64,000 nt of DNA from Octopus vulgaris (lineage: Eukaryota), in the NCBI GenBank assembly GCA_951406725.2, contig OX597825.1, positions 42,842,001 to 42,906,000 on the forward strand, given 5' to 3'. The notes beneath the pieces are model-generated. The model saw only the letters and a program-made list of their open reading frames with translations. It ran no database searches and was not told the DNA's origin. Position 1 is the stretch's first letter. Each line of letters opens with the position of its first letter. The position numbers and the translations under genes are program-made. Positions 1 through 12,204 of this stretch are shown piece by piece.

Positions 1-1945
1 CAGGCCCATTTAAGTTCAGATTGCTGAATCATCTTTTCCTCTCGGGCATTACAACCAGTCCTAACAGCACCTATCCACTTGTTCCGATCTAGAGCATCAT
101 TTTCCCAATCACTTTTGTTCATATCTAGTTTCTTCAGGTTTTCCTTCACACAGTCTTTATACCTTTTCCTCGGCTTATGTTGTGGTCGCTTACCAGAGTT
201 GAGTTCACCATATAAAAGACGCGTTGGCAAACGTTTGTCTTTCATTCTAATAACATGTCCAGTCCATCTCATTTGAGCCAAGATAACATATTGTGCCATG
301 CGAAAAACCTCTGTATCTGGTATGAAACATTCCGACTTGACTCCTAAAATACGTCTGAGGCACTTTTGATGAAATCTCTCCAGCATTTTTATGTGACGCC
401 TGTAAGTGGTCCATCTCTCACTTGAATAAAGAAGTGCAAACAATACATACGCTTCATAGACACTGATTTTTGTCTGCAGGGAAATACCTCTTACCGCCCA
501 TACTCGTTTTTCGAGCTTTCCAAATGCAACACGTCCTTTCCCTATTCGATAGTTTATCTCTGCATCAAGACTACCATCTCTTCACAGTGTTTCTTAAGTA
601 AACAAAGGTGTCAGCGACTTCTAACCTTGCTTCATTCACAAAAATGTTTGGTTGAGAATATGCTTGACCTGGCACGGGAGTAAACATTACTTTGGCTTTC
701 CCCAAACTAATTCTGTGTCCGAAATGTACACATGCAGTGGAAAATCTGTCCATTAAATGTTACTTATTCCCCTCTGAGTGTACCAACATATCAGCATCAT
801 CAGCATAAAGTAATCCTCTAACAAGTATTATGAAAGTCTTTGCTCTGTAGTTAAGCCGTGTCAAATTAAAGATACGCCCAGACGTCCGAAATCTGATTCC
901 GATTGCCCAGCTGCAATCCTTGAAAGCATACCAAAGTAATGCAGCAAAATATATAGAGAAAAGTGTAGGGGCAGGAATATCTCCCTGTTTGACACCGTTG
1001 TCCACCGAAAATTAATTAAAGACTCCCTGTTTACCGTGCCAAATACCTTAGTTAAATCTTTGAAGACTTGGTATAGTGGCATTTGTTCCTCTAAGCATTT
1101 CTCTTGAACCTGCCTTACACAAAATATGTCCATTGTTCCTCGCTCAGGTCTGAAACCAGACTGTTCTTCAGGATTCACATGTTGACATACATTCTCAATA
1201 AAACAATCTATCATGAACCTTGAAAGCATCTTCTCGGTATATGGCAGAAGAGTTATCCCTTTAGAATTACAACACACTGCTTTCGAGCTTTCCTTGTATA
1301 CATAGATTAAAATGCCATTTATCCATTCTTGTGGCACAGAAGATTCATTCCAAACTCGAGTTATCAGTTTATGAATTTCTGATGAAATATGATCCCCACC
1401 TGCTTTCAGAATTTCATTAATCTCAGTTAACATAATGCCAGATTTACTTCGTCAATGGTAAGTGTACCTTCCACGTGTTGCACTATCTCTCTTTGCGGAA
1501 TGCTGTTTATGATATCCATGTTCACTACAGACGGATTGTGGAAAAAGATCTGCAAAGTGTTCTCTCCATCTTTTCATTATTCCAGGAGGCTCTTTAATAA
1601 CCTCATTTCCATCTTTCTAATTCAAGGGAGCATAATGATGAAGATTGCAGTTAAAAGCTTACCACAATAAACTATAGAAACTTTTAACGTCTTTCCTGTC
1701 ATAGGCTGCCTGTATATCCTCAGACAAATTTCTCCACTAAGTGTCTTTAAGCCTCCTGAGTTCTTTTTGCAAGTCTGCTTTCTGAGACTTGTACAACTTT
1801 TCTTGTTGCACTTTGTTCTTAACTTTTGGGGCAAGAAACTTTTCATGAGTGGACCTCTTTGTTGCTAAAAGCTCATTTATCGCTGTATCATTGGAATCAA
1901 ACAAGTCTCGGTGTTGTCTCCTGTTAAAACCTATCACATCCGATC
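1..1945 (-). mobile_element. Degenerate RTE-clade LINE (RT and C-terminal region), runs off window start
   Basis: Minus-strand fragments PEEQSGFRPERGTMD, GVKQGDIPAPTLFSIYF, LLYADD, LLYGELNSGKRPQHKPRKRYKDCVK; several frameshifts and stops. Confidence 0.85.
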
Positions 1946-1949
1946 TCAT

Positions 1950-4900
1950 TTTATTTGTTCCATCACGTTTTGTAACTGTTTTCTCTATTTATGCCCCATA
2001 CACTCACTTTCGAAATAGCATTATGCTTTATTCCATCTGTTTTAAATATTCTCAGGTATTTATATTCGGATTCAGGTTCAATTGTCTTCCTCACTTCACC
2101 ACTTGACATATTTATATTTTCTGTTCTAACAAGCACTCCTTACCTCACCGCCATCATGTCTCATTTTAGAAGTTCAAGTCCAACTTGATATTATTCGAGA
2201 AAATCATGGCAGACTGTACTAGACTCTCCAGTTCTTCCTCATTCAAGTCATTCAGGAATAGCAGGTGGTTAAGTTTTCTCTGATCACTCCCCCAGAACTT
2301 GCACCAACTTTGTCTACTGCATTATTTCACTCAAGAGGATCATTCCCAGCACAGAGATCAGTGGAGATATAATATCCCGCTGGAAGATTCTTCTAATTTT
2401 TGCTTCTTATACCTTAATCCCTGCTTTCAGTTCAATTTTCCAGTGTTTCATTTAAGGCATTTCATGTTTTCTGCTTTTCCATACACTTCCTTAGTTCTTG
2501 TTATCCAAGAGTGTGCCTTACGATAACACTGGTCTACAAGGTTTTTGGTGTTTAAGAAATAGACATATTTCCTATGCAAAATCATTCTCCTCAATCCAAA
2601 TATAACATTTGTTTTACTTATCAGACCTAGTTATTAAGTTATTGAACATCCCTATAGTCACTATGCATGTGTATACGTCCAGTAACGCAGTGTTCGTTAC
2701 CTTATTCTAAGTTTTTTTCTTGTTTCAATACATTTTAGCTGTTGTGGTGAACTAAGCAATAGAAATTGAGCAAGATGTCCTCTTCAAGAAAGTGTTGCGT
2801 TAAATTCTCCAAATGTGTTTTGTTATGTTTGTGGAGAATACATATTACACGAAAATCGAAAAAAACATCACTTATTTCATTGAAAGAGCGTATATGGCAT
2901 ATTTTGGGGTCAAGTTGGGAGACCAAGATAAATATTTGGCACTGCATAGTGTCATAGTGTCTGCAAACAATGTACAGAATAATTACGACAATGGACTAAA
3001 GGGACAAGGAAAAGTATGAGGTTTGCTATACCAATGGTATGACAGGATCCCTATAGGATCACGTGGACGACTGTTATTTTTGTAACCTAAATTTGAAGAG
3101 TATTATCCGGAAAAATCGACAAACGCTTGTCTATCCTAATCTTGCCTCTGCTATTAGACCGGTTCCACAAAGTGAAGAGCTTCCTGTTCTTGCCTTCAAT
3201 GTTTTGTCTCAGAAAACGTTATCCTCAACTAAAGAAGATTCATCAGCCGAAGGTGACACTAGAGATCAAGACTTTTCAGTTGAGACTTTACCTCAGCAAT
3301 TCTCCCAGGTACAACTGAATGATCTAATCTAGTTCGTGACTTGAACCTCCCAAAACCTTTCTGCAGAACTGCTGACTGCCCGACTGAAAGAGAAGAATCC
3401 TCTAGAGAATGGTGTCCGTATAAGCTGTTATCGGAGTCGGCATGAACAGCTCCTTTCTTTCTTCACAAAAAAGGAACATCTGGTTTCCTACAGAGCTCTC
3501 AGTGGGCTTCTTAATAAACTTGGCATTGCGAAATACAAACCAGAGTATTGGCGTATTTTCATAGACAGCTCTAAGTAGTTTAAAATGTGTATTGTTGCAC
3601 AACGGAAATGGGTGTGGCTCTGTCCCACTCGGCCACTCAACAACTCTGAAGGAAAATTTGAAGAAATTAAGTTGGTTTTAGAGAAGATACCTGTATCATG
3701 ATCATAAGTAGGTCATCTGCATTGACTTAAAGATGGTGAATTTTCTCATGGGACAGCAATCTGGTTATACCAAACACCCACGTTTTCTATGCATGTGGCA
3801 CAGTAGGGACTGAGTAAACCGCTATGTTAAGAAAGACTGGCCTCCTCAAAGAAATATGGCTCCATGTAGAGCTGCCAATATATTGGAAGAACCTTTAGTT
3901 GAGCGAGATAGGATCATTTTCCTCCCTTTGCACATCAAATTCGGATTGATCAAGCAATTTGTCAATGCTCTTAAGAAGAATGGGGAGTGCCTCAAGTATA
4001 TCTGCAGTGTATTTCCAAACTTGACGATTGAGAAACTTAAAGCAGGGACTTTTGATGGACCGTAAGCTCCTGAAGGACACAAAATCTGTGAAAATGAACA
4101 CTCAGCTTCGCTAGCCTTTGCAGAAATAGGGCAAAATTTCATTGGGAAACCCAAAAGTGAAAACTATAAAGACCTTGCTACCAACTTGATATCAAATTCT
4201 CGTCATATCGATGCGAATATGAGCATCAACATGCATTATCTTGTTAGTCATCTTGATCGTTTTCCTGAAAATCTTGGAGATGTTAGCGATGAACAAGACG
4301 AACGATACCATCCGGACATCAAGGAGATAGAAAGTCGGCACCAAAGACGTTGGAACGCTGGAACCTTGGGACGCTGTGATTATGGCTGACTATTGCTGGT
4401 GTTAAAAACGAGATATTCCTGTTGCACAATATTCACAGTGCATGAAGAAGCGTAAATTTATTCCTTGAATTTTCTACCAAAAATCTTTGCCAATGTGCAT
4501 TTTCAATTATGAACTCTTATTTGTACTTTGTTTTGTGTTACGCTCTCTTTATTGATTCGTATTATATACCTCTTGTATGAATAAAATATTTTCCTATCAG
4601 GTCTAGTCAGAAAACTAGATCTGATAGGAAAAAACTGAAGTTATTTTTGTATTTAGTAGACAAATCACTTAAGAATTCTTTGAAATATACCAGGCTCCAG
4701 ACAAAAGAATTCTGTTGTTGCCCAGTGAAATCAATCCATACCATACTCAGATTTGAGTGTTTTCTCTTGTAGTTTCTGATGATTAGTTTAACAATCAACA
4801 GCTGATCTTTCGTTCTCCGTCTCTCTTTTGGCTTCCTTTCTGTTCGATGTGTAGTAGCCCACTTTTTTCTGAGCATCCATACAGTTCACCGGCCCAAACC

Positions 4901-5662
4901 CCTGCAATAGTTTCCACATTAGTGTAAGACACGTTATTGGCCTAAAGTTGGATGCAGTGTTACCTTTTTTAAGATCCTTAGCACATAACACTATCTTACC
5001 CTTTTTCATCCAGCTGAGTACTGTGCCTCCCTGCAAGCAATCAACTAGCTGTTGCGTTAACCTTTCACGGAGACTTCTAAGATTCTTCGTCCAATAACCT
5101 TAGACATTATCCGGCCCTGGACTCTTCCAATTTGAGATTTTACTTATCTGTTTTTTTAATCTTTTCTGTAGTTATTTTATGTGGTTTTGACAATATTTCT
5201 TAAACTACTTTGGATTTCATGCAGTGACTTTACTGGTTGATCTCAGATTCCTCCCAGAATGACCTGCTTTCTTCGGCATCATCTATAAATATTAGGTGAA
5301 ATTTCCCATCTAGTTGCTCAAATAGCTTTTTCTGATTGGCTTCAAACAATCTGTTCTGCCTGAATTATTTTGTTCTGCTGTCATATCTTTCCAGTTTTGC
5401 CTTGATTGCTGCTGCTCTTTACTATATTACATCTTTCTCATTCTACATGTTCTTTCTCGTTTAATTCTTATGCTTTCGTTCTACAATTCCCTTCTTGTCA
5501 ATCTCTCAACTTGTCCGAAATGTATTTTCAACTTTATGTGCTATTTATTCAACTCTTTCTGCAGCAACCATAGCTGCAGCTCTGATAATCTTGTTGGTTT
5601 CAATTATATTTCTCGTCTGAAATAGTTTAAGGACAGAGTCTATCCTTTCAGTTTTAGCTTTT
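1950..5662 (-). mobile_element. Degenerate R4/Dong-clade LINE fragment, split by a DNA transposon at 2527-4727
   Basis: NFRPITCLTLMWKLL and NLSMVWIDF at 4728-5040 continue as HSWI, IRRIFQRDIISPLISVL and YKYL at 2526-2030. Confidence 0.75.
2527..4727 (+). mobile_element. Chapaev3-type (CMC) DNA transposon with decayed transposase
   Basis: Termini CACTGG..CCAGTG; subterminal inverted repeat (gttttacttatcagacctag at 2611-2630 vs ctagatctgataggaaaaaac near 4615-4635); peptides AYFGVKLGDQDK, DDCYFC, LPLHIKFGLIKQFV, HLDRFPENLGDVSDEQDERYH. Family assigned from motif recall. Confidence 0.75.
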
Positions 5663-5882
5663 AGTTTGCGCCTATCAACATACTTCATAAGTATGTTGAA
5701 AAAGCTAAAACTGAAAGGATAGACTCTGTCCTTGAACTATTTCAGACGAGAAATATAATTGAAACCAACAAGATTATCAGAGCTGCAGCTATGGTTGCTG
5801 CAGAAAGAGTTGAATAAATAGCACATAAAGTTGAAAAGACATTTCGGACAAATTGAGAGATTGACAAGAAGGGAATTGTAGA
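5480..5882. repeat. ~183-bp near-perfect inverted repeat (fold-back) of LINE sequence
   Basis: 5480-5662 is the reverse complement of 5700-5882 with few mismatches; the spacer contains the hairpin tcaacatactt-cat-aagtatgttga. Confidence 0.95.
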
Positions 5883-7235
5883 TTGATCCTGGTCTTCTCT
5901 AATATACCTCACTATATCGTGTTAACCACCATTGTAATATAGCTCTTCCCATTACTTCTGCATCATTTTCTAACAATACATTTACATCGATCATGCAGTG
6001 GTTTCTCTTCAACCTGTCTGACGTGCTCTCTATGTATTTCATTCTTGTCCTTTTCTCCTATAACGCGTTTCATCACCTGTTTTTTTTATTTACTGTCTTT
6101 AGTAGTTTTTCTGTGCTTAGGCGTTTTCTTTCTATCTATACATATTCTTCTACTACTATTAAACCGCTTCTACCCTGGTCTCTGCTCAAGTACAACTGGT
6201 TGATATGAGCTCCATACAATGGAGGGCTCCATACAATGTCAACAAATTTCTAGTTTTTCTTTATATCGTTTTTGGTCCAATCTGTAATTCCATCCCCATA
6301 TCTGATTAAAAGTACTGAATTTATTACTTCAATAAGTTTTGGAATTCAGCTTTGACTACAATAATTTTCCTATTCTCCTTGTGTACTTCTTACTGATAAT
6401 TTGTTTCATTTCTTTATCTTATATTTCATCTGCTTCCAGTATTCCCGAGTATTTATACCGCTGTCTTTTTTCAACTGCTCTTATTTGCCTATTCGACATG
6501 TGAATTCCCTGGCTTCTTTCAAATCTTCCTCGTTTCAATTTCACTAAAGCGCACTTTTCTAACCCAAATTCCATATCTACGTCATTTGAAAAAATGCGGA
6601 TAGTATCTACAAAGCTTTCGAGCTGTTTCTCATTTTCCGCATAAACTTTTACATCATCCATAAAAAAGAGATGATTTATGTGACCATTTCCTTTTCCCAG
6701 AACGTAAGCAATTATAACTTTACGTAATATCATAGTGAGCGGTGCCATGGCCAATACGAATAGTAATGGAGATAAGCTATCACCTTCGAATAGTCCACGT
6801 CTGATGTTCACGTTTCCGAGTTTTTGTTTTCCTCTGATCAATTCATTATTCCAGTTTCATACATTTATTAAGCATTTGCTTCATGTTGATTTGCTATTCC
6901 AAACATGCTCATTGATTCACTTATCCAACCGTATGGTACCTTGTCATATGCTTTTTATAATCTAGCCATGATATATTCAGTTCCGTCAATCTGTGCCAAA
7001 ATATTTAAATCATCATTTTATCGATTAATAAATGATCTTTTGTAGCCCTACTTTATTTCCTGCATCCTTTCTGTTCTTCTGGTAGTAGATTGTTTTCCAG
7101 ATGGTTGTATAACACCTCCGCCAATACACCGGTCATAAGCTTCTACATAAGTAGTAAACAGATAATACGTAATAAATTTGATGCCAAGTTCTCTTTCAAT
7201 GGATCCTTGAGGCATAGCAGCTTTCGTCCTCTTAC
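5883..7235 (-). mobile_element. Degenerate R4/Dong-clade LINE RT fragment
   Basis: ORF 6419-6841 IRRGLFEGDSLSPLLFVL...HLFFMDDVKVYA...EFGLEKCA...YKYSGILEAD; downstream EKPLH and QDQ remnants. Confidence 0.85.
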
Positions 7236-7328
7236 CATCCAGACAAGTACGTGACCTTGCTGCAGGCAGTCATCGTGTTGCACAGAGATCTTTTCATACA
7301 GCTGTGTAAAGTTTTTCTGCCAATTGCA

Positions 7329-7336
7329 TTATTATT

Positions 7337-7398
<62 letters not shown>

Positions 7399-7420
7399 CA
7401 TCATCATCATTATTATTATT
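7329..7420. repeat. (ATT)n/(ATC)n compound microsatellite
   Basis: Seen directly. Confidence 0.95.
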
Positions 7421-8210
7421 GAGTGAGAGAGCAGTGCATGCCATCATTACAATATGCTGGAATACAAGGAGCCAGGATACTGCATGTTCGGATACTAATC
7501 AGAAAATGTTACCCTATATCTCTACTTGCAATCTACTTGCAATACTATTACAGGCTTGATGGTTATTTCAAAGAAATAACATTGCCAGAAAATTCGATTC
7601 CCTTGCTACAGGCACGTATATTTTAGTGAACATAAAATTTTATGCACTTGTAGCCATCAACCAAACTTTTACTCTTTCGTTTTTACATTGTAGGGATAGA
7701 AAGTCTAAACAACAGGGAAGCGACAAGGGCTTTGGTTGAGTGATAACATTTTTGATTAGCACTAACTAAGCATCAAATTATTTGGATATTCCAATGTTCT
7801 TTCTTTGAAGTTTCAACTGCATTTAACTATGTACAATTAACGAATATGTTGCCATTTAACTAATTTATATTAATTAAATAACATCATAACAAGATATAGA
7901 GAGAATTATATAGTACTGTAGTTCCAAAGCACAGTTTTATCTTAAAATTTTAACAGGAAAACTTCATTGCATATTTCTTCATTTTTAGAAGTTTGATTCG
8001 TGTGAAATTCCTTGAGTTATATATATACTAGCATTAAAGACCCGTCGTTGCCGGGTCATAGTGCTAGTGCATGTATATATGTGTATATATATGTGTACAT
8101 ATTACATGTACATCTATATATATACATCTACACATAAAATGCAAAATACAAAGTTATATCTTGATATCGCTAGTGATAACAATACTCAAAATATGTAACA
8201 GACTGGAATT

Positions 8211-8549
8211 GTTTTATTATTACCCACAAGGGGCGAACATAGAGGGGACAATACAATCTGATGTGGGGTCAGATATACGAATGGGTTTACAAAAAAGGCG
8301 AATTTAAAAATTTACAAAAATTACAAAAATAGAAAAGACATTACGGATGGAGTGGGGGCGGGTTTAGCTCGGACCCCACGAGCCCCGCCTCCCCACTGAT
8401 ACTTTGGTTTCATCTAGTTTTACATTTATGTGGTATCATCCACTCGCAACTTTCGTGCTACATCTTTCCATCGTTCTTCATACACTCTCTTAGTCAGGCA
8501 TTTTCTCTCCAGCCCTATCTTCCTTTTCAGGTGAAAGATGAAGTAATTC
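8211..8549 (-). mobile_element. 5'-truncated 3' end of a Tx1-clade LINE
   Basis: Diverged copy of 8551-8919 (end of ORF2 plus 3'UTR). Confidence 0.9.
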
Positions 8550-8795
8550 GGTTTTATTATTACCCACAAGGGGCAAACAAAGAGGGGACGATACAACCTG
8601 ATGTGGGGTCAGATTCTCGGATGGGGTTACAAAAAGGATGAGATTAAAAATTCAAAAATTCACAAAAATGCAAAAATTATAAAATCGAATGAATAACAGA
8701 CCGGAAGACATTACAGGTGGAGTGGGGGCGGGTTCAGCTCGGACCCCACGAGCCCCGCCTCACCACTGATACTTTGGATTCGTCCTGATTTACAT

Positions 8796-11700
8796 TTATG
8801 TGGTGTCATCCATTCGCAACTTCCGTGCTACATCCTTCCATCGTTCTTCATACACTCTTTTAGTCAGGCATTTTCTCTCCAGCCCTATCTTCCTTTTCAG
8901 GTGGAAGATGAAGTAATTCATCAACCCAGGGCCGGATATGAACTTGCCTGACCGTATACCTTTCATTCTCGTCTTCCATATCACCTCTTTCGCAATTGCT
9001 ACCACAACGAGAAAACAAATCTTACCTTCTTTCGCGAGGAAATCTGGTGGGTCAATTTTTTTAATACACTCAGTCGACAGCTGTACTCTTCGTGTGCTTG
9101 ACAACAGCTGTTCGGCATAAACCCACACCTCAGACACGACCGAACAATGAACAATAGCGTGCGGGACGGTTTCCTTATCCCGCCCGCATCTTGGACACAT
9201 CGGACTGTCTTGACCACCGTGCCTTGCGAGTTTATCCCGAACAGGTAGAGCTTCTCTGTAGCATTGCCATGCCAGAGACTTCTGGAAGTTGTCCAGTGTC
9301 TTCGGCTCGAACGTACGTCGGAACAGACTGGCCAGCTGATTATCGTCGAGACCTAGGGTTTCCCCTAAGGTATCTTCACATTCCGCCTCTACCAACCCTC
9401 TATAGAAGAATGTGGTGGAACCCCCACCGCAGGCGTTGCCCGAGCGACGGAATAGCAGGAGAGCCTTGCGACACTCCGTGTACCATGTGCCCAGTTTCGA
9501 TCTACGATTCAGCCAGGTTTCCCATCCACCGAAACTAGTGAACTTGGGAAACATCAGTTTTGCTAGCGGAGACCACACCCGTTCACCATCCAGGTAGAGC
9601 CACATATGTCTTAACCTCAGCGCATGTCTGCGCATCATCAGCCAAGGCATCCCTACCCCACCCTTTAACGGTTGTTGACAGCAAGTAGAGCGTTTCACAA
9701 GTGGTTTCCCGCCCTTCCACAAGAAGTAGAAGAGCTGTGTTTCTAACTTGATCAACCACGAATCAGGGCAAGGAACGACGGAAAGGCGGTAGGTGATAAC
9801 CGATGCGATAAACACATTGGCTACCTCCGCCCTCCCTTTCAGGGATAGCCACCGCCAAGACCAGGTCTTGGTTACTGCAGCCACCCTGCTCGATACCTCG
9901 CCCCAATTCTTCTCTATTTGGAGGTCTGGACCGAACCAAACCCCTAGTAACTTAATCGGACCCTCCGTCCAACGTCCCACGACGCTGTCAGGAGGCATCG
10001 ACTTGCCTCTCCAGGTGCCGAGTTGCAAGCCGACTGACTTTTCACGATTAACTTTTGCTCCTGTCACCGTCTCGTAAACCTCTATGGCCTTGCCTACTTT
10101 ACGTAGGTGATCCATTTCGGTTACGATGATGGTGATGTCATCCGCGTACGCTGACACCGATTTTCCACAACCTGGCTGTCTCGGGATGCCGCTCAGTTTT
10201 CGCAGTAATGGCTCAAGAGCCATCACGTACGAAAGCGGGGAGAGCGGACACCCTTGACGAACCGAGCGCTTGATGTTGAACGGCTTCGACAAGAAGCCGT
10301 TCACCCGAACTACCGAGTCGATGTTGTCGTAAATTTGGATAATCCACCTGAGGAAGCCAAGGCCCAGCCCGAACTGTGCCAGGGCAGATACCAGGTAGCG
10401 ATGGTCGACCCTATCGAATGCTTTAGATTGGTCTAAATGGACCAGTGCCCCACCCTTGCCAGAATCACTTTTAAACCCCTCTATAGTGTACCGCATAAGA
10501 TGGAGATTATCCTGAATGGTTCTGCCGGGAACGGCACATGTCTGTGCCTCCCCGATCAGACCATCCGCGACACGCGCCAATCTTTTCGATAACACTTTGG
10601 TCAAAATCTTCAACTCTGTGTTTAGCAGAGTGATGGGCCTGAAATTATCAATGCACTCCCCCTTGCTCGGGTCCTTTCTGACGAGTGTCACTACTCCCCA
10701 GCGCACAGATCTGGGTATGAACCCGTTCTGCTGCCAGTTCGCATAGACCTCTGCTAGTAGGTGCCCGAACAAGTCTGGCATACTCTTATATAACTCATAG
10801 GGTAGACCATCTAAACCCGGCGCCTTGCCCGCGCCGCAGTCCGCCATCGCCTCAACCACCTCCCCAGGCGTGATTGGCCCTTCACAGCCCTCCGCATCTC
10901 GCCCCGATAAGCGCGGCAGCCCGTCGAGGAGGTCCGTAAAGGCCCTCCCCCTATCCAGTCCGCCGCACTCACCGAAAAGCTGAGCGAAGTGCTCCTGAAA
11001 GGCCTCACACATCCCCTCGGGCTCGTTTATCAACTCACCTTGTTGGTTCGTCATAGATCGAATCGTGGCGTCGTTACCACGCTGAGCTTCCACCACTCGG
11101 GCCCATCTCACGGCGTTGATTCCTTCACAACCCATTGCGCGGATCCTAGCCCTGACAATGCAGCCCATGTGTTTGGCCTCGAGGTGCTGGTTTAACGCCA
11201 GTCTCTTGGCCGTCACCTGAACTGCAGAGCCGGTTTTCAAGGCTTCCTCTAATTCCTTAACTAGAGTAGATTCCCTCCTAGCTTCTCTAGCCACTAATCC
11301 TATGCTGTATCTAATAGACTCGAATTTGATGGCTCGCTTGAGGGCATACCACCATTTGTTATTAATGATAGCACCAGATAGCGCCCTCTGAATTATAGTC
11401 CTAATCCGGTCTCTGTACTCCTTAATCGCCAAAAGGGACGTATTAAGTTTCCAGTAACCGGAGCCTCTATTTTTAACCTTATCTATGTCAAGCTTACAGG
11501 TGACCATTTTATGATCACTGTAGCTGACCAGGTAAAACTGTGGACACTTGGCTATTTTTCTGTCTACTTTTCTAATTAATATCCTATCTATATATGACCT
11601 GGAAGATCCGTCGCTGTTTGACCATGTCCACAATGGAGCGTTCGGAAATTCCAACCTATAAGTATCTGCTAGCTCAAAGCGGCTTAGCAGTTCCAGGAAG

Positions 11701-12191
11701 CCAATGTTACCTTTTCTATCTGGACGCAAGCCAACACAATCTACATCCGCTTTGCAAATTGTGTTAAAGTCTCCTAGCACAACTATTGAATGCGAAGTAC
11801 CAAGAAAGTTTTCCAGTTCTCGAAAATAATCACTTTGCCCTTTTTGGTTGGGTGCGTAAATTGCAACCAGTCTGATAACTTTACCGTTACTGAACGTCAA
11901 ATCCATGACGACCAGCCTACCTTCTGGGTCTGAAAAAATTAACTTTTTCTCAAAAACCCGGTTTCTTTTTAATAGGACCAACACCCCACCCCCGCCTGTA
12001 GGACTGGCCGGAGAGAAAAAACTCTCGTAGCCGTCAAACAGCGGGAGTAGACCTCTTGGCCCCTCTAACCGGGTTTCTGTAGCAACAATAACATCCAAAT
12101 TACGCGACCTGATATCATTAAGGAAGCGACCTTGCTTCCAGCTTGATCCCAGGCCGCGCACATTTAAACAACCAACATAAATGCAATCCAT
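8796..12191 (-). CDS. Tx1 ORF2: APE endonuclease, reverse transcriptase and C-terminal CCHC finger (1131 aa, uninterrupted)
   Basis: EN motifs LNVRGL, TETR, LGDFN, SYIDRI, SDH, YWKLN; RT motifs KAPGLDG, NFRPITLLN, DQSKAFDRV, VRQGCPLSP, YADD; CPRCG..ETVPHAIVHC. Confidence 0.95.
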   Translation of the reverse strand: MDCIYVGCLNVRGLGSSWKQGRFLNDIRSRNLDVIVATETRLEGPRGLLPLFDGYESFFSPASPTGGGGVLVLLKRNRVFEKKLIFSDPEGRLVVMDLTFSNGKVIRLVAIYAPNQKGQSDYFRELENFLGTSHSIVVLGDFNTICKADVDCVGLRPDRKGNIGFLELLSRFELADTYRLEFPNAPLWTWSNSDGSSRSYIDRILIRKVDRKIAKCPQFYLVSYSDHKMVTCKLDIDKVKNRGSGYWKLNTSLLAIKEYRDRIRTIIQRALSGAIINNKWWYALKRAIKFESIRYSIGLVAREARRESTLVKELEEALKTGSAVQVTAKRLALNQHLEAKHMGCIVRARIRAMGCEGINAVRWARVVEAQRGNDATIRSMTNQQGELINEPEGMCEAFQEHFAQLFGECGGLDRGRAFTDLLDGLPRLSGRDAEGCEGPITPGEVVEAMADCGAGKAPGLDGLPYELYKSMPDLFGHLLAEVYANWQQNGFIPRSVRWGVVTLVRKDPSKGECIDNFRPITLLNTELKILTKVLSKRLARVADGLIGEAQTCAVPGRTIQDNLHLMRYTIEGFKSDSGKGGALVHLDQSKAFDRVDHRYLVSALAQFGLGLGFLRWIIQIYDNIDSVVRVNGFLSKPFNIKRSVRQGCPLSPLSYVMALEPLLRKLSGIPRQPGCGKSVSAYADDITIIVTEMDHLRKVGKAIEVYETVTGAKVNREKSVGLQLGTWRGKSMPPDSVVGRWTEGPIKLLGVWFGPDLQIEKNWGEVSSRVAAVTKTWSWRWLSLKGRAEVANVFIASVITYRLSVVPCPDSWLIKLETQLFYFLWKGGKPLVKRSTCCQQPLKGGVGMPWLMMRRHALRLRHMWLYLDGERVWSPLAKLMFPKFTSFGGWETWLNRRSKLGTWYTECRKALLLFRRSGNACGGGSTTFFYRGLVEAECEDTLGETLGLDDNQLASLFRRTFEPKTLDNFQKSLAWQCYREALPVRDKLARHGGQDSPMCPRCGRDKETVPHAIVHCSVVSEVWVYAEQLLSSTRRVQLSTECIKKIDPPDFLAKEGKICFLVVVAIAKEVIWKTRMKGIRSGKFISGPGLMNYFIFHLKRKIGLERKCLTKRVYEERWKDVARKLRMDDTT

Positions 12192-12204
12192 GACTTACCT
12201 TATA

